Source: Desulfocapsa sulfexigens DSM 10523
Lineage (GTDB): Bacteria > Desulfobacterota > Desulfobulbia > Desulfobulbales > Desulfocapsaceae
DNA: 32,000 nt
Assembly (NCBI RefSeq): GCF_000341395.1
Contig: NC_020304.1
Coordinates: forward strand, 270,001 to 302,000
Direction of reading: 5' to 3'
Within the stretch, counting starts at the first letter, position 1, and every line of letters starts with the position of its first letter. The notes under the pieces are model-generated. The model saw only the letters and a program-made list of their open reading frames with translations, had not been told where the DNA came from and ran no database searches. Made by a program: the position numbers and the translations under genes. Shown one piece after another: positions 9,448 to 19,119 of this stretch.

Positions 9448-10395
9448 TTATCGATCTACTGGAAAAACAGACATCCCCTTGGTTAGACTGCCTCCTGAAA
9501 CAGGGGCACAGTAGGATATTTTCTCTTTTGTACTTGTAACCTTGATGGTACCAGCGACCGTCATCTCAGAATCGAGAACCTCACCGGTATCAGGGTCAAC
9601 CAGTTCTTCCACTGAGCCAACATTAAACTGCCTGCCGACTTCCACACCTTCACGACTACCACGATTGATAACAATCTTGTCACCTTTCGCCAGAATAACA
9701 GAGCCTTCCCAGGGGATCCCCTCAAGCTGCTTGATAAGGAAGATAACAGCCTGACCGACGGCATCTTCGAGTGCCTTGCCCACATTATCTTTTTCAGCTC
9801 CGCCAAAGTTGCCACCCAAGCCGCCAAGTGCTCCACCGTGATACCCGACGGTAAAGCCCCTTTTGCCGGAAACACCAACAACGTCGGTGGATGCCTTCAC
9901 CTGTCCTGTTTCCGAATCAACCAGATATATGGTAACATTCATTTCAGCTTTTCCTGCAGAACCGCCAATACTAAAGCCCTGAAAACTTAAGCCACCGCCA
10001 CCACTTCCAGTGTCATCCTGAACGTGAGTGATGGAGCCACGCACAAGAAGTTGCGCGGGAGTCATTCGGCCGATCTTGGCAGTTTTCTTGCCCTGAGCTG
10101 TACGACCTGATGCAGCAAAATCCTGCTCTGCCATGGCAGCCTGTCTCATCTCGCCATCACCAAGCACTATAAACCATCCAGATTCGTGGAGAAGATTGGT
10201 CATAACAGTCTTCATGCCATCTCCGACACTCCAGCGACCATGCCACCCAGCTTCGTTCTTGAATTCTGTAACTGTGATAGAGTATCGTAGATTACCGGCA
10301 GGAGGTGCCGGAATAGTATTTTCCGCTGCTGCCCAGCTTAGAGGTAAAATAAGTACAACGATCAGAGTCAATCCAGCCAATATTGATTTCTTCAT
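9448..10395 (-). CDS. CsgG/HfaB-family secreted protein
   Basis: 315 aa with signal peptide MKKSILAGLTLIVVLILPLSWAAA; CsgG-like pattern VTEFKN...GDGMKTVMTNLLHESGWFIVLGDGEM...AQLLVRGSITHVQ...VDSETGQVKASTDV. The C-terminal KGDKIVINRGSREGVEVGRQFNV resembles a FlgT-C-type domain. Confidence 0.75.
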   Translation of the reverse strand: MKKSILAGLTLIVVLILPLSWAAAENTIPAPPAGNLRYSITVTEFKNEAGWHGRWSVGDGMKTVMTNLLHESGWFIVLGDGEMRQAAMAEQDFAASGRTAQGKKTAKIGRMTPAQLLVRGSITHVQDDTGSGGGGLSFQGFSIGGSAGKAEMNVTIYLVDSETGQVKASTDVVGVSGKRGFTVGYHGGALGGLGGNFGGAEKDNVGKALEDAVGQAVIFLIKQLEGIPWEGSVILAKGDKIVINRGSREGVEVGRQFNVGSVEELVDPDTGEVLDSEMTVAGTIKVTSTKEKISYCAPVSGGSLTKGMSVFPVDR

Positions 10396-10497
10396 CCAGT
10401 TCTCCTTTTTAAAAAGCTTCTTGATTGATACAACATACCGGAAACATATCGTAAAAACGCTTGGAAATCAAACACTTTATAGACATGGCAGAAGCGT

Positions 10498-11766
10498 TCA
10501 GCCAAGTTCACCAAAGCTTTCCCAGAAGGTTGGAAAGGATTTGGCGACACAATTCTCTCCTCGTATCTTGACACCAGGAACACGAAGTCCTGCTACGGCA
10601 AAACTCATGGCCATCCTATGATCGTTATAGGTTTCAATCTCAGCTCCGTGCAGGCATGCACCACCGTCGCCATGGATCACCATAAAATCATCACCCTCCT
10701 CAACTCTGGCTCCCATTTTTGTCAGTTCAGTCAGGGTGGCGGAGAGTCTGTCACACTCCTTGATGCGCAGATGAGCAATATTGGTAATGACAGTTTTGCC
10801 ATGGGCAAAGGCTGCAACCACTGCTAGTGTTGGTACCACATCCGGCATATTTCCCATGTCCACCGTAATACCGTCCAGATGGTCACGTCCTCTCAATGTA
10901 ATACCGCCACCGTCCAGACTTATCTCGCACCCCATCCTGGCAAGAAGCGGTGCCAGGTCAGCATCTCCCTGTAAAGAAGGCACCGGCACATTTGCCACGG
11001 TGACCCGCCCTCCTGTTATGGCTGCCGCAGCCCAGAAATATGATGCATTGGACGCATCCCCCTCAATTTCATATTCCATAGCCCGATAGCAGCCCTGGGG
11101 AATAGTGAAAGAGGTGAAAGCTTCATTACATTCAACACTCACGCCAAAATCGGACATCACCGACAGAGTCATGGCAACATAGGGTTTAGACAGTACCTCT
11201 CCATTCACTTCCAGAGTAGCTGGTTGCGCAGCATAGGGTGCAACAAGCAGCAGGGATGAAACATACTGACTTGACTTGCCTTCAGGAAGAATTGTTGCTC
11301 CACCTGTTATTCCCTTACTCTTGAGGTGCAGCGGGGGACATCCTGTCCCGTTCACAGATGCAATATCAACGCCCCAGCCCTGCAAAGCCTCCATAAGCGG
11401 CCCGATCGGTCGTTCCTGCATGCGTTCTTCACCGTCAATCCGGAAATCACCCTGGCCAAGCGCTGTAACCGAAGTGAGAAAACGAGTGGCGGTTCCATTA
11501 TTTCCTAGAAAGATATCTTCTTCAGGAGTTACAAGTTTTCCACCACTGCCGTGAACAACCCAGGAATTCTCACCCCTCTCGACTAAAATCCCCATCTGTT
11601 CAAGAGCTTTCGACGTATAGCTTGTATCTTCACTTGCAAGGGGCCCGATAAGTTTACTTGTTCCATCTGCAAGGGCAGCTGCAATCAAAGCACGTTGAGT
11701 CAGACTTTTTGATCCTGGCACAACAACGGTGGCATCAACTTTAGACACTGGTTTTATTTCTATCAT
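10498..11766 (-). CDS. aroA: 3-phosphoshikimate 1-carboxyvinyltransferase (EPSP synthase); the ORF track extends to a TTG at 11772
   Basis: VPGSKSLTQRALIAAALADG, LFLGNNGTATRFLTSV, DGEERMQERPIGPLMEAL, and DHRMAMSFAVAGLRVPG near the C-terminus. Confidence 0.95.
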   Translation of the reverse strand: MIEIKPVSKVDATVVVPGSKSLTQRALIAAALADGTSKLIGPLASEDTSYTSKALEQMGILVERGENSWVVHGSGGKLVTPEEDIFLGNNGTATRFLTSVTALGQGDFRIDGEERMQERPIGPLMEALQGWGVDIASVNGTGCPPLHLKSKGITGGATILPEGKSSQYVSSLLLVAPYAAQPATLEVNGEVLSKPYVAMTLSVMSDFGVSVECNEAFTSFTIPQGCYRAMEYEIEGDASNASYFWAAAAITGGRVTVANVPVPSLQGDADLAPLLARMGCEISLDGGGITLRGRDHLDGITVDMGNMPDVVPTLAVVAAFAHGKTVITNIAHLRIKECDRLSATLTELTKMGARVEEGDDFMVIHGDGGACLHGAEIETYNDHRMAMSFAVAGLRVPGVKIRGENCVAKSFPTFWESFGELG

Positions 11767-11908
11767 ATTCAATCACTAGTAATTTCAATTTTCTTTTTTT
11801 TAAAACACTTAACAACTGGAACTGATTGAGCATTGTGGGTGTTTAGCACTCAACAATCCACCGCGAAGCGAGGACATTTGGTGATACAACCCACAAGAGG
11901 ATCGCCCA

Positions 11909-12730
11909 TTATTTTTTCCGAGCAAGAACTTCCACAAGTGCTTTACGCATAACTGAAACAGGAGCATCCTTTCCCGTCCAGATCTCGAATTGCGCGACAC
12001 CCTGGTACAAAAGCATCTCAAGCCCATTGATTATTTTACAACCACCCGCTTCCGCTTCCCTGAGCAACCGGGTCTTCATGGGAGCATACACAATATCCAT
12101 TACTACCTGAAATTGGGAGGTAACCTCTTCAGAAACAGGAGTATTTTCTATCTGGGGAACCATCCCAACAGATGTGGCATTGATTAAAACGTCCCCACGC
12201 AACCTATCGCTTTCCTCAAGGGAAATCCAGGGACAGTGCAATTCATCGGCTAATCTGCGACCACGTGACTCAGTACGACTACAAAGAGTTATGGACGCAC
12301 CCTTTTCCAATAACCCAAAACCAATGGCCCGCGCTGAACCACCGGCACCAAGGATCACAGCGTGTGCACCACTCAGATCAATTTCTTCTTCTAAAGCACG
12401 GGTTGCTCCCAGCCAATCCGTATTCAGTCCAGTGAGTACTTTTTCCGTATTCACAATGGTATTTACTGCACCAATTTTAACGGCAACTGGATCAACAGTA
12501 TCAAGCAGAGCCATAACGCTCTCTTTATGAGGAATGGTAACGCTGAGTCCCTGTATCCCGAGACCACGTATACCGGTAACCGCAGCGGCGATATCAGATG
12601 CCGGAAAGGGAAGATACACCGCATCAATACCCAATGCTGCCAGGGCGGCATTGTGCATGGCAGGACTCAATGAATGAGTCACCGGATTTCCAATTATGCC
12701 ATACAAAACTGTTGTACCACTAATAGCCAT
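11909..12730 (-). CDS. aroE: Shikimate 5-dehydrogenase
   Basis: YGIIGNPVTHSLSPAMHNAAL, LSVTIPHKESVM, GLNTDWLGATRALEE, AVILGAGGSARAIGFGL, LINATSVGMVP. Confidence 0.95.
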   Translation of the reverse strand: MAISGTTVLYGIIGNPVTHSLSPAMHNAALAALGIDAVYLPFPASDIAAAVTGIRGLGIQGLSVTIPHKESVMALLDTVDPVAVKIGAVNTIVNTEKVLTGLNTDWLGATRALEEEIDLSGAHAVILGAGGSARAIGFGLLEKGASITLCSRTESRGRRLADELHCPWISLEESDRLRGDVLINATSVGMVPQIENTPVSEEVTSQFQVVMDIVYAPMKTRLLREAEAGGCKIINGLEMLLYQGVAQFEIWTGKDAPVSVMRKALVEVLARKK

Positions 12731-12733
12731 GCA

Positions 12734-13423
12734 CTAGACTCTCATCAAGAAATGAATTTCACGCAAACTTCCGACGGACAACTGTCCAGGGGCCGTGGCC
12801 TCATCATCACTCACCGAACAGTAGGTCATATATCCGCCGAGCTCACAGGTAGCCACACGGCTCACCACTCCCGGGCGTCCCATGCAAAAGGCAATCAACG
12901 GGAAACCGAGCTGTTCTGCCACTTCCTGGAGCTGCAGAACCCGTAATACATCTCGATGCGAATGAGCCGTTGTAATAATTTTTCCGATATCAGCTCCCTT
13001 ATCCTGCATCAGAGCCATGCGTCCAACCAATTCTTCACGCGTTGGAGTATCTTTAAAATTATGCCAGGAAAGAATAAGCTTCGTCCTACTCTCCTGCAGA
13101 GCCATACGCATCCTCTGGTGAGAATCATCGGGGGCAAGAAGTTCCAGATCAACGTATCCGCAATTTTCCGTAACGGCCTCAAGCAATGGTCCTATTCGCT
13201 GCTCTTCTTTTCCTACAAATTCCCCACCTTCCCAATCCGGTCTATTCGTAAAAAGAAGAGGTGTCCGCAGGGTATTGACAAAGGGGGACACAGCTGGCGT
13301 GTGCAAAAAATCAAGTCGAATTTCAAGAACATCGGCCTGGGCAGCGACGGAGTCTGCGATGGCCAGAGCATCATCGATACTGGAGCGACCGATGGAGACA
13401 CATATACGGGAGTGAGATTTCAT
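12734..13423 (-). CDS. aroD: Type I 3-dehydroquinate dehydratase
   Basis: VLEIRLDFL, LLFTNRPDWEGGEF, YVDLEL, LILSWHNFKDTPT, GADIGKIITTAHS, PLIAFCMGRPGVVSRV. Confidence 0.92.
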   Translation of the reverse strand: MKSHSRICVSIGRSSIDDALAIADSVAAQADVLEIRLDFLHTPAVSPFVNTLRTPLLFTNRPDWEGGEFVGKEEQRIGPLLEAVTENCGYVDLELLAPDDSHQRMRMALQESRTKLILSWHNFKDTPTREELVGRMALMQDKGADIGKIITTAHSHRDVLRVLQLQEVAEQLGFPLIAFCMGRPGVVSRVATCELGGYMTYCSVSDDEATAPGQLSVGSLREIHFLMRV

Positions 13424-13429
13424 AAGCCC

Positions 13430-13684
13430 CTATTTTGTTTTCTTTTCAGCGATTTTTATAGCCCAGGCCACAAGAAGAGAGACTACTGTGAGATCATCAA
13501 GCAAGCCAAAGCCCACAATCCAGTCTGGAACAAGATCAAAGGGAGAGAGAATATAGAGAATTGCAAAAGCCAGAATAGCCTTCACCTTCCATGGTGTATC
13601 ACGTCTAAAAAGAAGACGCGCCCATGACTGAATCCTGCCCCATAACGGTAACTGACCTGGGCTGTTTTTCGGTGACGAAGTCAT
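13430..13684 (-). CDS. DUF1232 (YkvA-like) small membrane protein
   Basis: 84 aa, TPWKVKAILAFAILYILSPFDLVPDWIVGFGLLDDLTVVSLLVAWAIK matches the characteristic YxxSPxDLxPDxxPxxGxxDD pattern. Confidence 0.82.
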   Translation of the reverse strand: MTSSPKNSPGQLPLWGRIQSWARLLFRRDTPWKVKAILAFAILYILSPFDLVPDWIVGFGLLDDLTVVSLLVAWAIKIAEKKTK

Positions 13685-13686
13685 GA

Positions 13687-14619
13687 TCAGGGAAGAATAA
13701 GCCCTCCAATCAACTCTCTTACGGATCCGAGTTTCTGTTCAGCAACGTAATGAGCCAGCCCCTCGACGGCATCCTCACTGGCCCGTGGATTGACAAAATT
13801 AGCTGTACCGATTTGAACCGCTGTAGCCCCTGCGAGCATAAACTCAACAACATCCTCGGCAGTTTCAATACCTCCGATGCCAATGACCGGAATAGAGACA
13901 GCCTGTGCCACCTGATAAACCATTCGCAGAGCAACGGGTTTTATTGCAGGACCAGACAAGCCTCCTATTACGTTGGCGAGACGGGGACGTCTGCTGCGAG
14001 AATCAATTGCCATACCAATCAGGGTGTTAATAAGGGAAACCGCATCAGCTCCGGCATCCTCAACGGAACGGGCAATAGCACTAATATCAGTAACATTTGG
14101 AGAAAGCTTCACAACAACGGGAACAGTTGATTCGGCTTTCACTGCACTGGTAACGGCAGCAGCCATCTCCGGAACCGTTCCAAAGGCTACACCACCTTTT
14201 TTCACATTCGGACATGAAATATTCACCTCAATACCAGAAACTCCCTGAACCCCTGCAAGACGAGCGGCTATCTCTTTGTACTCATCAAGCGTATCGCCAA
14301 GAATGTTAACAAAGACAGGAACAGGAATACCCTGCAACGATGCCATTTTGTCAGAGATAAAACGTTCAACACCAACGTTTTCAAGTCCAATGGCATTCAA
14401 CATCCCAGCGGATGTTTCAACAATTCTCGGTGGCGGGTTACCGGATCGCGGCTCAAGAGAAATTCCCTTTACTACCACAGCCCCCAGACGATGAAGATTA
14501 ACGTAGGGCATGAACTCTCTGGCATAGCCAAATGTTCCCGATGCGGTCATTACAGGATTTCTAAGACTGAGCGTTCCGATGGAGACCCTCAGGTCAACAC
14601 CGTTTACTTGACTTGCCAT
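13687..14619 (-). CDS. pyrD: Dihydroorotate dehydrogenase B, catalytic subunit
   Basis: NPVMTASGTFGYAREF, GVSGIEVNISCPNVKKGG, PVVVKLSPNVTDI, ADAVSLINTL, GIGGIETAEDVVEFMLAGATAVQIGTANF. Confidence 0.95.
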   Translation of the reverse strand: MASQVNGVDLRVSIGTLSLRNPVMTASGTFGYAREFMPYVNLHRLGAVVVKGISLEPRSGNPPPRIVETSAGMLNAIGLENVGVERFISDKMASLQGIPVPVFVNILGDTLDEYKEIAARLAGVQGVSGIEVNISCPNVKKGGVAFGTVPEMAAAVTSAVKAESTVPVVVKLSPNVTDISAIARSVEDAGADAVSLINTLIGMAIDSRSRRPRLANVIGGLSGPAIKPVALRMVYQVAQAVSIPVIGIGGIETAEDVVEFMLAGATAVQIGTANFVNPRASEDAVEGLAHYVAEQKLGSVRELIGGLILP

Positions 14620-15392
14620 AGTAGCTCCTTCGCGTCAAAAACAGGGCCATCACAGCAGGCATGTGCGTAACCACCCCTTTCCACAGGCACAATGCATCCA
14701 AGGCACGCTCCCATTCCACACGCCATGCTAGTCTCCATGGACACCTGACAAGCATACCCTCTATCCTTACACAAGAGATGAACCGCAGCCATCATGGGAT
14801 GAGGCCCACAAACGTAAGCCTGGCAGTTAGGTCCTAAATCAAGACCTTTCAAGACATCGGTAACCAGGCCATGATGCCCTAATGTCCCATCATCCGTTGC
14901 GGAATGGACAGACAGACCAAGTTCGTTGAAATCATTAACAAGTGGATCAAGTTCCTCACGGGTTCTGGCGCCTAAAATAACGAGGGGAGGATTACTGGTG
15001 CATTTACGTGACAAATATTTTCCGAGAAAAAGGAGCGGCGCAATGCCCATACCGCCACCAACCAGGCAATGGGTACGCTGGCAGTCCACTCTAAAACCTT
15101 GACCGAGAGGACCTAGAATAGAAAGGTATTCTCCCTCACGACAGTGAGCGAGCAGTGAAGTCCCTCTTCCAACCACCTTAAAAAGAATCTGAAAATGTTT
15201 TCCATTACTGGTCTGTGAGATAGAGAAGGGTCGACGGAGCAAGGGATCGTTGCTATTACCGGTTCGGACCATGACAAATTGTCCAGGTTGGGCAAGGGAG
15301 GTAATATCAGGGGAGTCCAGTGTCAAGCGGACAATATCTGAAGCGAAACGCTCAATGCGAATAATCTGTGTTTTTTCCTGGAATTGAGACAT
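14604..15392 (-). CDS. pyrK: Dihydroorotate dehydrogenase B, electron-transfer (FAD/2Fe-2S) subunit
   Basis: PGQFVMVRTGNSNDPLLRRPFSIS, LVGGGMGIAPL, and the 2Fe-2S Cys cluster METSMACGMGACLGCIVPVERGGYAHACCDGPVF; it overlaps pyrD. Confidence 0.94.
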   Translation of the reverse strand: MSQFQEKTQIIRIERFASDIVRLTLDSPDITSLAQPGQFVMVRTGNSNDPLLRRPFSISQTSNGKHFQILFKVVGRGTSLLAHCREGEYLSILGPLGQGFRVDCQRTHCLVGGGMGIAPLLFLGKYLSRKCTSNPPLVILGARTREELDPLVNDFNELGLSVHSATDDGTLGHHGLVTDVLKGLDLGPNCQAYVCGPHPMMAAVHLLCKDRGYACQVSMETSMACGMGACLGCIVPVERGGYAHACCDGPVFDAKELLWQVK

Positions 15393-15459
15393 GGTTAGGG
15401 CTAGTATTTATAGTAATCTAAATGACCAATCAGCAAAATTCAATTACCGATCACATTCT

Positions 15460-16248
15460 ATGGATATTATGCTCTTCGTTCTTATCACAGCCTTCTCCTT
15501 CGGGGCAATTGTCGGAAGCTTCCTGAACGTCGTTATTCTTCGTCTGCCAAATGAAGGGGAATCAATCGTATTTCCAGCTTCACACTGTACCAGTTGCATG
15601 ACGAATCTTCGCTGGTATGAAAATATCCCAATATTGAGTTTCCTGGCACTTCGCGGCAGATGCAGCCACTGCCGTGAAAAAATTTCATTTCAATATCCTG
15701 TAGTTGAAATGAGCATGGCACTGCTCTCAACAGCCACCGTATACCAGTTCGGACTCAGTATCGCAACTATCGGCTATTTTATATTTAGCGCAGCACTACT
15801 TGTCATTATCTGGATCGATATTTACCACCAGATTATCCCTGACCTTATCTCCCTGCCAGGAATCGTCCTCGGTTTTCTCTTTTCATTGGTCAGCCCCGTC
15901 CTATCCTGGCAGGATTCACTCATCGGCATACTTACCGGTGGTGGAATTCTTTATATCATTGCCTTTCTCTATTTTCTATGGCGCAGAGTAGATGGTATGG
16001 GTGGGGGAGATATCAAACTGCTTGCCATGATTGGTGCCTTTCTTGGCTGGCAGTCTCTGCCTTTTGTAATTTTTGCAAGTTCACTCACTGGTACAGTAGT
16101 TGGCCTGGGAGCCATGATCAAACAGAAAAAAGGTGCCCAGACACGGATACCTTTCGGTCCATTCCTCTCCGTTGCGGCCCTTACTTACTTATTCTTCCAG
16201 CAAGAAATTATTCTGTTATATGAACTCTATGTAAACATGGCTTATTAG
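15460..16248 (+). CDS. pilD: Type IV prepilin peptidase (A24, PilD/GspO-like)
   Basis: ATG at 15460 (ORF track starts at 15391); GSFLNVVILRLP, CTSC...CSHC zinc pairs, and aspartyl protease motifs DIYHQIIPD and GMGGGDIKLLAMIGAFLG. Confidence 0.93.
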   Translation: MDIMLFVLITAFSFGAIVGSFLNVVILRLPNEGESIVFPASHCTSCMTNLRWYENIPILSFLALRGRCSHCREKISFQYPVVEMSMALLSTATVYQFGLSIATIGYFIFSAALLVIIWIDIYHQIIPDLISLPGIVLGFLFSLVSPVLSWQDSLIGILTGGGILYIIAFLYFLWRRVDGMGGGDIKLLAMIGAFLGWQSLPFVIFASSLTGTVVGLGAMIKQKKGAQTRIPFGPFLSVAALTYLFFQQEIILLYELYVNMAY

Positions 16249-16293
16249 TATCTTAGAAAGAAAGCCAATATAAAAGCAATTTATAGAGTATTA

Positions 16294-16983
16294 CTATATT
16301 TTTTCTGTTGGCACTGGTGTTTCAAAGTGCAGATCAGATGGATTTATTCCTGAATTCAGATCATTTCCCAGTTTTTTCCCTAGCTCCTGTGCACTCGCAA
16401 ACTGTTTTCTACTATGTCCATACTTTGGATAATATTTGCGAAACCAGCCTTTACCACGTTCAGGCATCTTTCCGGCAAGTTTCAAAAAGACTCCGATGGT
16501 ATTCCACGGCTCAGACGTTGGATGTTTAAAGACTATGGGATTAACAACAGTTTTTGCTCCGCATTTCCTTAACAGCGAGCGCAGTCCCCAAAAATGAACG
16601 CGCCAATAGCCACGGCACGAGATCATTGGCAGCACTTCCTGATTGGCAAACAACTTTTCACCGTAAAGATCTAAAAATGAGAGGATAATTCCTGAGGGAT
16701 TATAGGACCAGGTTGGCCCTGCAATAATAATCAAATCCCAGTCAATAAAAATTTTTGAATCAACAGGTTGTACTGGATAACGCTTGCGTAAAAAAGTCTG
16801 AAACATCATAAGAACTGTGGCAGGAATTGTACCAATGGGAAAACGTAATTCCTGTACTGGAACCAGTCTCTCCCATGTAACTTCAATTTCACATTTTTCC
16901 AGTCCTCTAATCAGTTTTTTGAGCAGATTCCGTGTCTGATGGCTGTAGGAGTAGGAAACTATGAGTATTCTTTTTTGTGACAC
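16294..16983 (-). CDS. Flavodoxin-like / NAD(P)H-oxidoreductase-like protein
   Basis: KRILIVSYSYSHQTRNLLKKL (FMN phosphate loop-like), DWDLIIIAGPTWSYNPSGIILSFLD; 229 aa. Confidence 0.55.
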   Translation of the reverse strand: MSQKRILIVSYSYSHQTRNLLKKLIRGLEKCEIEVTWERLVPVQELRFPIGTIPATVLMMFQTFLRKRYPVQPVDSKIFIDWDLIIIAGPTWSYNPSGIILSFLDLYGEKLFANQEVLPMISCRGYWRVHFWGLRSLLRKCGAKTVVNPIVFKHPTSEPWNTIGVFLKLAGKMPERGKGWFRKYYPKYGHSRKQFASAQELGKKLGNDLNSGINPSDLHFETPVPTEKI

Positions 16984-17047
16984 AAGCTATCCTTTAGTAT
17001 CAATTTTCTAACATATTGCCTGCAATCACTATACCGTACAAAAGTGC

Positions 17048-17076
17048 AAAAAAAAAGCCCCCGATTACTCGGGGGC
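17048..17076 (-). terminator. Intrinsic terminator downstream of dsrP (minus strand)
   Basis: Minus-strand reading GCCCCCGA-GTAA-TCGGGGGC followed by T9, an 8-bp GC-rich stem directly after the dsr operon. Confidence 0.9.
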
Positions 17077-17108
17077 TCGAAAAGCTGTCAAATAAAAGTA
17101 GCTGTTTA

Positions 17109-18278
17109 CTACCCTTCTACTTCATGTTCAACACCAATTGCGATTTTATAGAGAAGGGTAACTACCATAAAACCCGTCGCCCATACACCAATGGTGATTC
17201 CAAGCTCATTGGCTGTGGGAATATACTCGGTGATCTCATGAAGACCATTGGGTACAAAACCGGCAAGGACGAAACCGATGCCCTTATCGAGCCAGAAGGC
17301 GAGGAACAAGGCTGCACAGCCCATCCCAAGAACAAAATCATTCTTTTTAGCCGCCGGGGTAGCAAGCACTGCAATGGATCCAAAGGCCAGTATTACAAAG
17401 GCCCACATGAACGGAACCAGATTATTGTAGACATGACCATGATGCTCAAGACCAAAGAAAAGATACTCAAGCGAGTGCTTGTGACCGGGAATATTGGAAT
17501 AATAACCAACAAAGAATTCAAGACCGACAAAGAACATATTCAGCAGTGCTGCATAAATAATAATGGTTATAAGCTTGTTCATCGCCTTGCGTCCTGCATC
17601 AAATCCTGCAACACGCTTCAGAACAAGACAGGCAACAACGATAAGAGCCGGTCCTGCAGCAAAAGCTGATGCAAGAAAACGGGGTGCAATGATAGCGGAG
17701 AGCCAGAAATGACGTCCTGGCAGACCGCAGTAGAGCATAGCCGTAACCGTATGGATGGAGATAGCAAAGGGGATGGACAGGTAGACAAAGAAATAAATCC
17801 ACTTGGGAGGTTTTACCTGCTTCTTCTCAGCAGTAAGAATAACCCAGCCGCAGAGAACATTCAGGAACAGATACCCGTTTAACACGATTGCATCGTAGAA
17901 AAGCATGGAATTAGGGGTTGGATGGAGAACAACGTTCAAGGCACGCATTGGCTGGCCGAGATCCGCCATGATAAACAGGAGACACATGACGATGGCGCCA
18001 ATCGCCAGGAACTCACCCAAAATCGTAATTCGTCCAAATTCTTTATAATTATGAATATAATAAGGAAGCACCAGCATAACACCTCCAGCCGCAACTCCAA
18101 CCAGGAAGGTAAACTGGGAAATATAGAGCCCCCATGAGACATCACGGCTCATCCCGGTCATGCCCAGACCAAAATTGTACTGTCTGACATAACAGGCAGC
18201 ACCAATAGCCATGAACATTCCTAAAAATGCAAGCCAGATCCAGTAGGCCGGTTTGCCTTTGAGTGTTTTTTCAATCAT
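17109..18278 (-). CDS. dsrP: DsrP, NrfD-like integral membrane subunit of the DsrMKJOP complex
   Basis: 389 aa polytopic protein: DVSWGLYISQFTFLVGVAAGGVMLVLPYY, LGQPMRALNVVLHPTPNSMLFYDAIVLNGYLFLNVLCGW; immediately downstream of dsrO. Confidence 0.92.
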   Translation of the reverse strand: MIEKTLKGKPAYWIWLAFLGMFMAIGAACYVRQYNFGLGMTGMSRDVSWGLYISQFTFLVGVAAGGVMLVLPYYIHNYKEFGRITILGEFLAIGAIVMCLLFIMADLGQPMRALNVVLHPTPNSMLFYDAIVLNGYLFLNVLCGWVILTAEKKQVKPPKWIYFFVYLSIPFAISIHTVTAMLYCGLPGRHFWLSAIIAPRFLASAFAAGPALIVVACLVLKRVAGFDAGRKAMNKLITIIIYAALLNMFFVGLEFFVGYYSNIPGHKHSLEYLFFGLEHHGHVYNNLVPFMWAFVILAFGSIAVLATPAAKKNDFVLGMGCAALFLAFWLDKGIGFVLAGFVPNGLHEITEYIPTANELGITIGVWATGFMVVTLLYKIAIGVEHEVEG

Positions 18279-18285
18279 GACTACC

Positions 18286-19119
18286 TCACACTATGTAAAA
18301 GACTGATGGTTTAGTACCCAGCGTTGGCTTTCTCTGGATAGTAAATTCTTTATCAAGTACCGCTCGTATCTCGGACTTGGCATCGTTCAGGTCACCAAAG
18401 ACAATGGCGCCTGTTCCTTTGCAGGCCTCAACACAGGCCGGTTCCTGTCCAAGAGCAAGACGTTCACCACAGAAGTTACATTTTTCAACAACACCCTTCA
18501 TTCGTGACGGGAATTCTTTATTGTACTTCTTTATGTAAGGGCGTGGATCCTGCCAGTTAAATGACCTTGCACCATATGGACAAGCTGCCATACAGAAACG
18601 GCATCCGATGCAACGATGAAAATCCATTGCAACGATTCCGTTTTTTTCAAGCCTGAAGGTAGCCTGAGTTGGACATGCACGAACACATGGTGGATCATCA
18701 CAATGATTACAGAGTGCCACTGAAGGAAAATTTTTCACCTTGGCAGCAGAATGACTTGCAGAGTGATCAGTAAACACATTTTCAAATGGGGCCTTCCATA
18801 TCCATTTTACTTCATTTTTCTTATCAGGAAACTCTGGGATATTGTGCGCTGCTATACAGGCCGCAATGGCACTGTCAAGCATCTCGGGATTCTCATTCAT
18901 CTTGCGAAGATCAATGACCATTCCGAGCCGCACCCCTTGGGGTGCTTCTTCAGCATGACCGCCATGAGCATCAGGTGCAGGTGCATGTGCTGGCGCCTCA
19001 CCGTGTCCTGAAGCAAGTGCGGGAGTAGCAGCTGTCAGCTTTATAACCGCCGGTGCACCTATCCCTGCAAGTACTGACGCACCTGCTATTTTCAGAAATT
19101 TTCTTCTTTTATTATCCAT
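18286..19119 (-). CDS. dsrO: DsrO, periplasmic [4Fe-4S] ferredoxin-like subunit with Tat signal
   Basis: MDNKRRKFLKIAGASVLAG (Tat motif) from the ATG at 19119; cysteine motifs CNHCDDPPCVRACPTQAT, CIGCRFCMAACPYG, CNFCGERLALGQEPACVEAC. The start inside the longer ORF (to 19176) was chosen for the Tat signal and for the dsrJ TAATG junction. Confidence 0.93.
   Translation of the reverse strand: MDNKRRKFLKIAGASVLAGIGAPAVIKLTAATPALASGHGEAPAHAPAPDAHGGHAEEAPQGVRLGMVIDLRKMNENPEMLDSAIAACIAAHNIPEFPDKKNEVKWIWKAPFENVFTDHSASHSAAKVKNFPSVALCNHCDDPPCVRACPTQATFRLEKNGIVAMDFHRCIGCRFCMAACPYGARSFNWQDPRPYIKKYNKEFPSRMKGVVEKCNFCGERLALGQEPACVEACKGTGAIVFGDLNDAKSEIRAVLDKEFTIQRKPTLGTKPSVFYIV

Noticed and set aside
12956-13627. 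Plus-strand 223-aa ORF
   Set aside because: Antisense to aroD and the DUF1232 gene, both of which have clear family motifs; the predicted protein is low-quality and shows no domain.
17016-17669. Plus-strand 217-aa ORF
   Set aside because: Antisense to dsrP and spanning its intrinsic terminator; composition is not protein-like.
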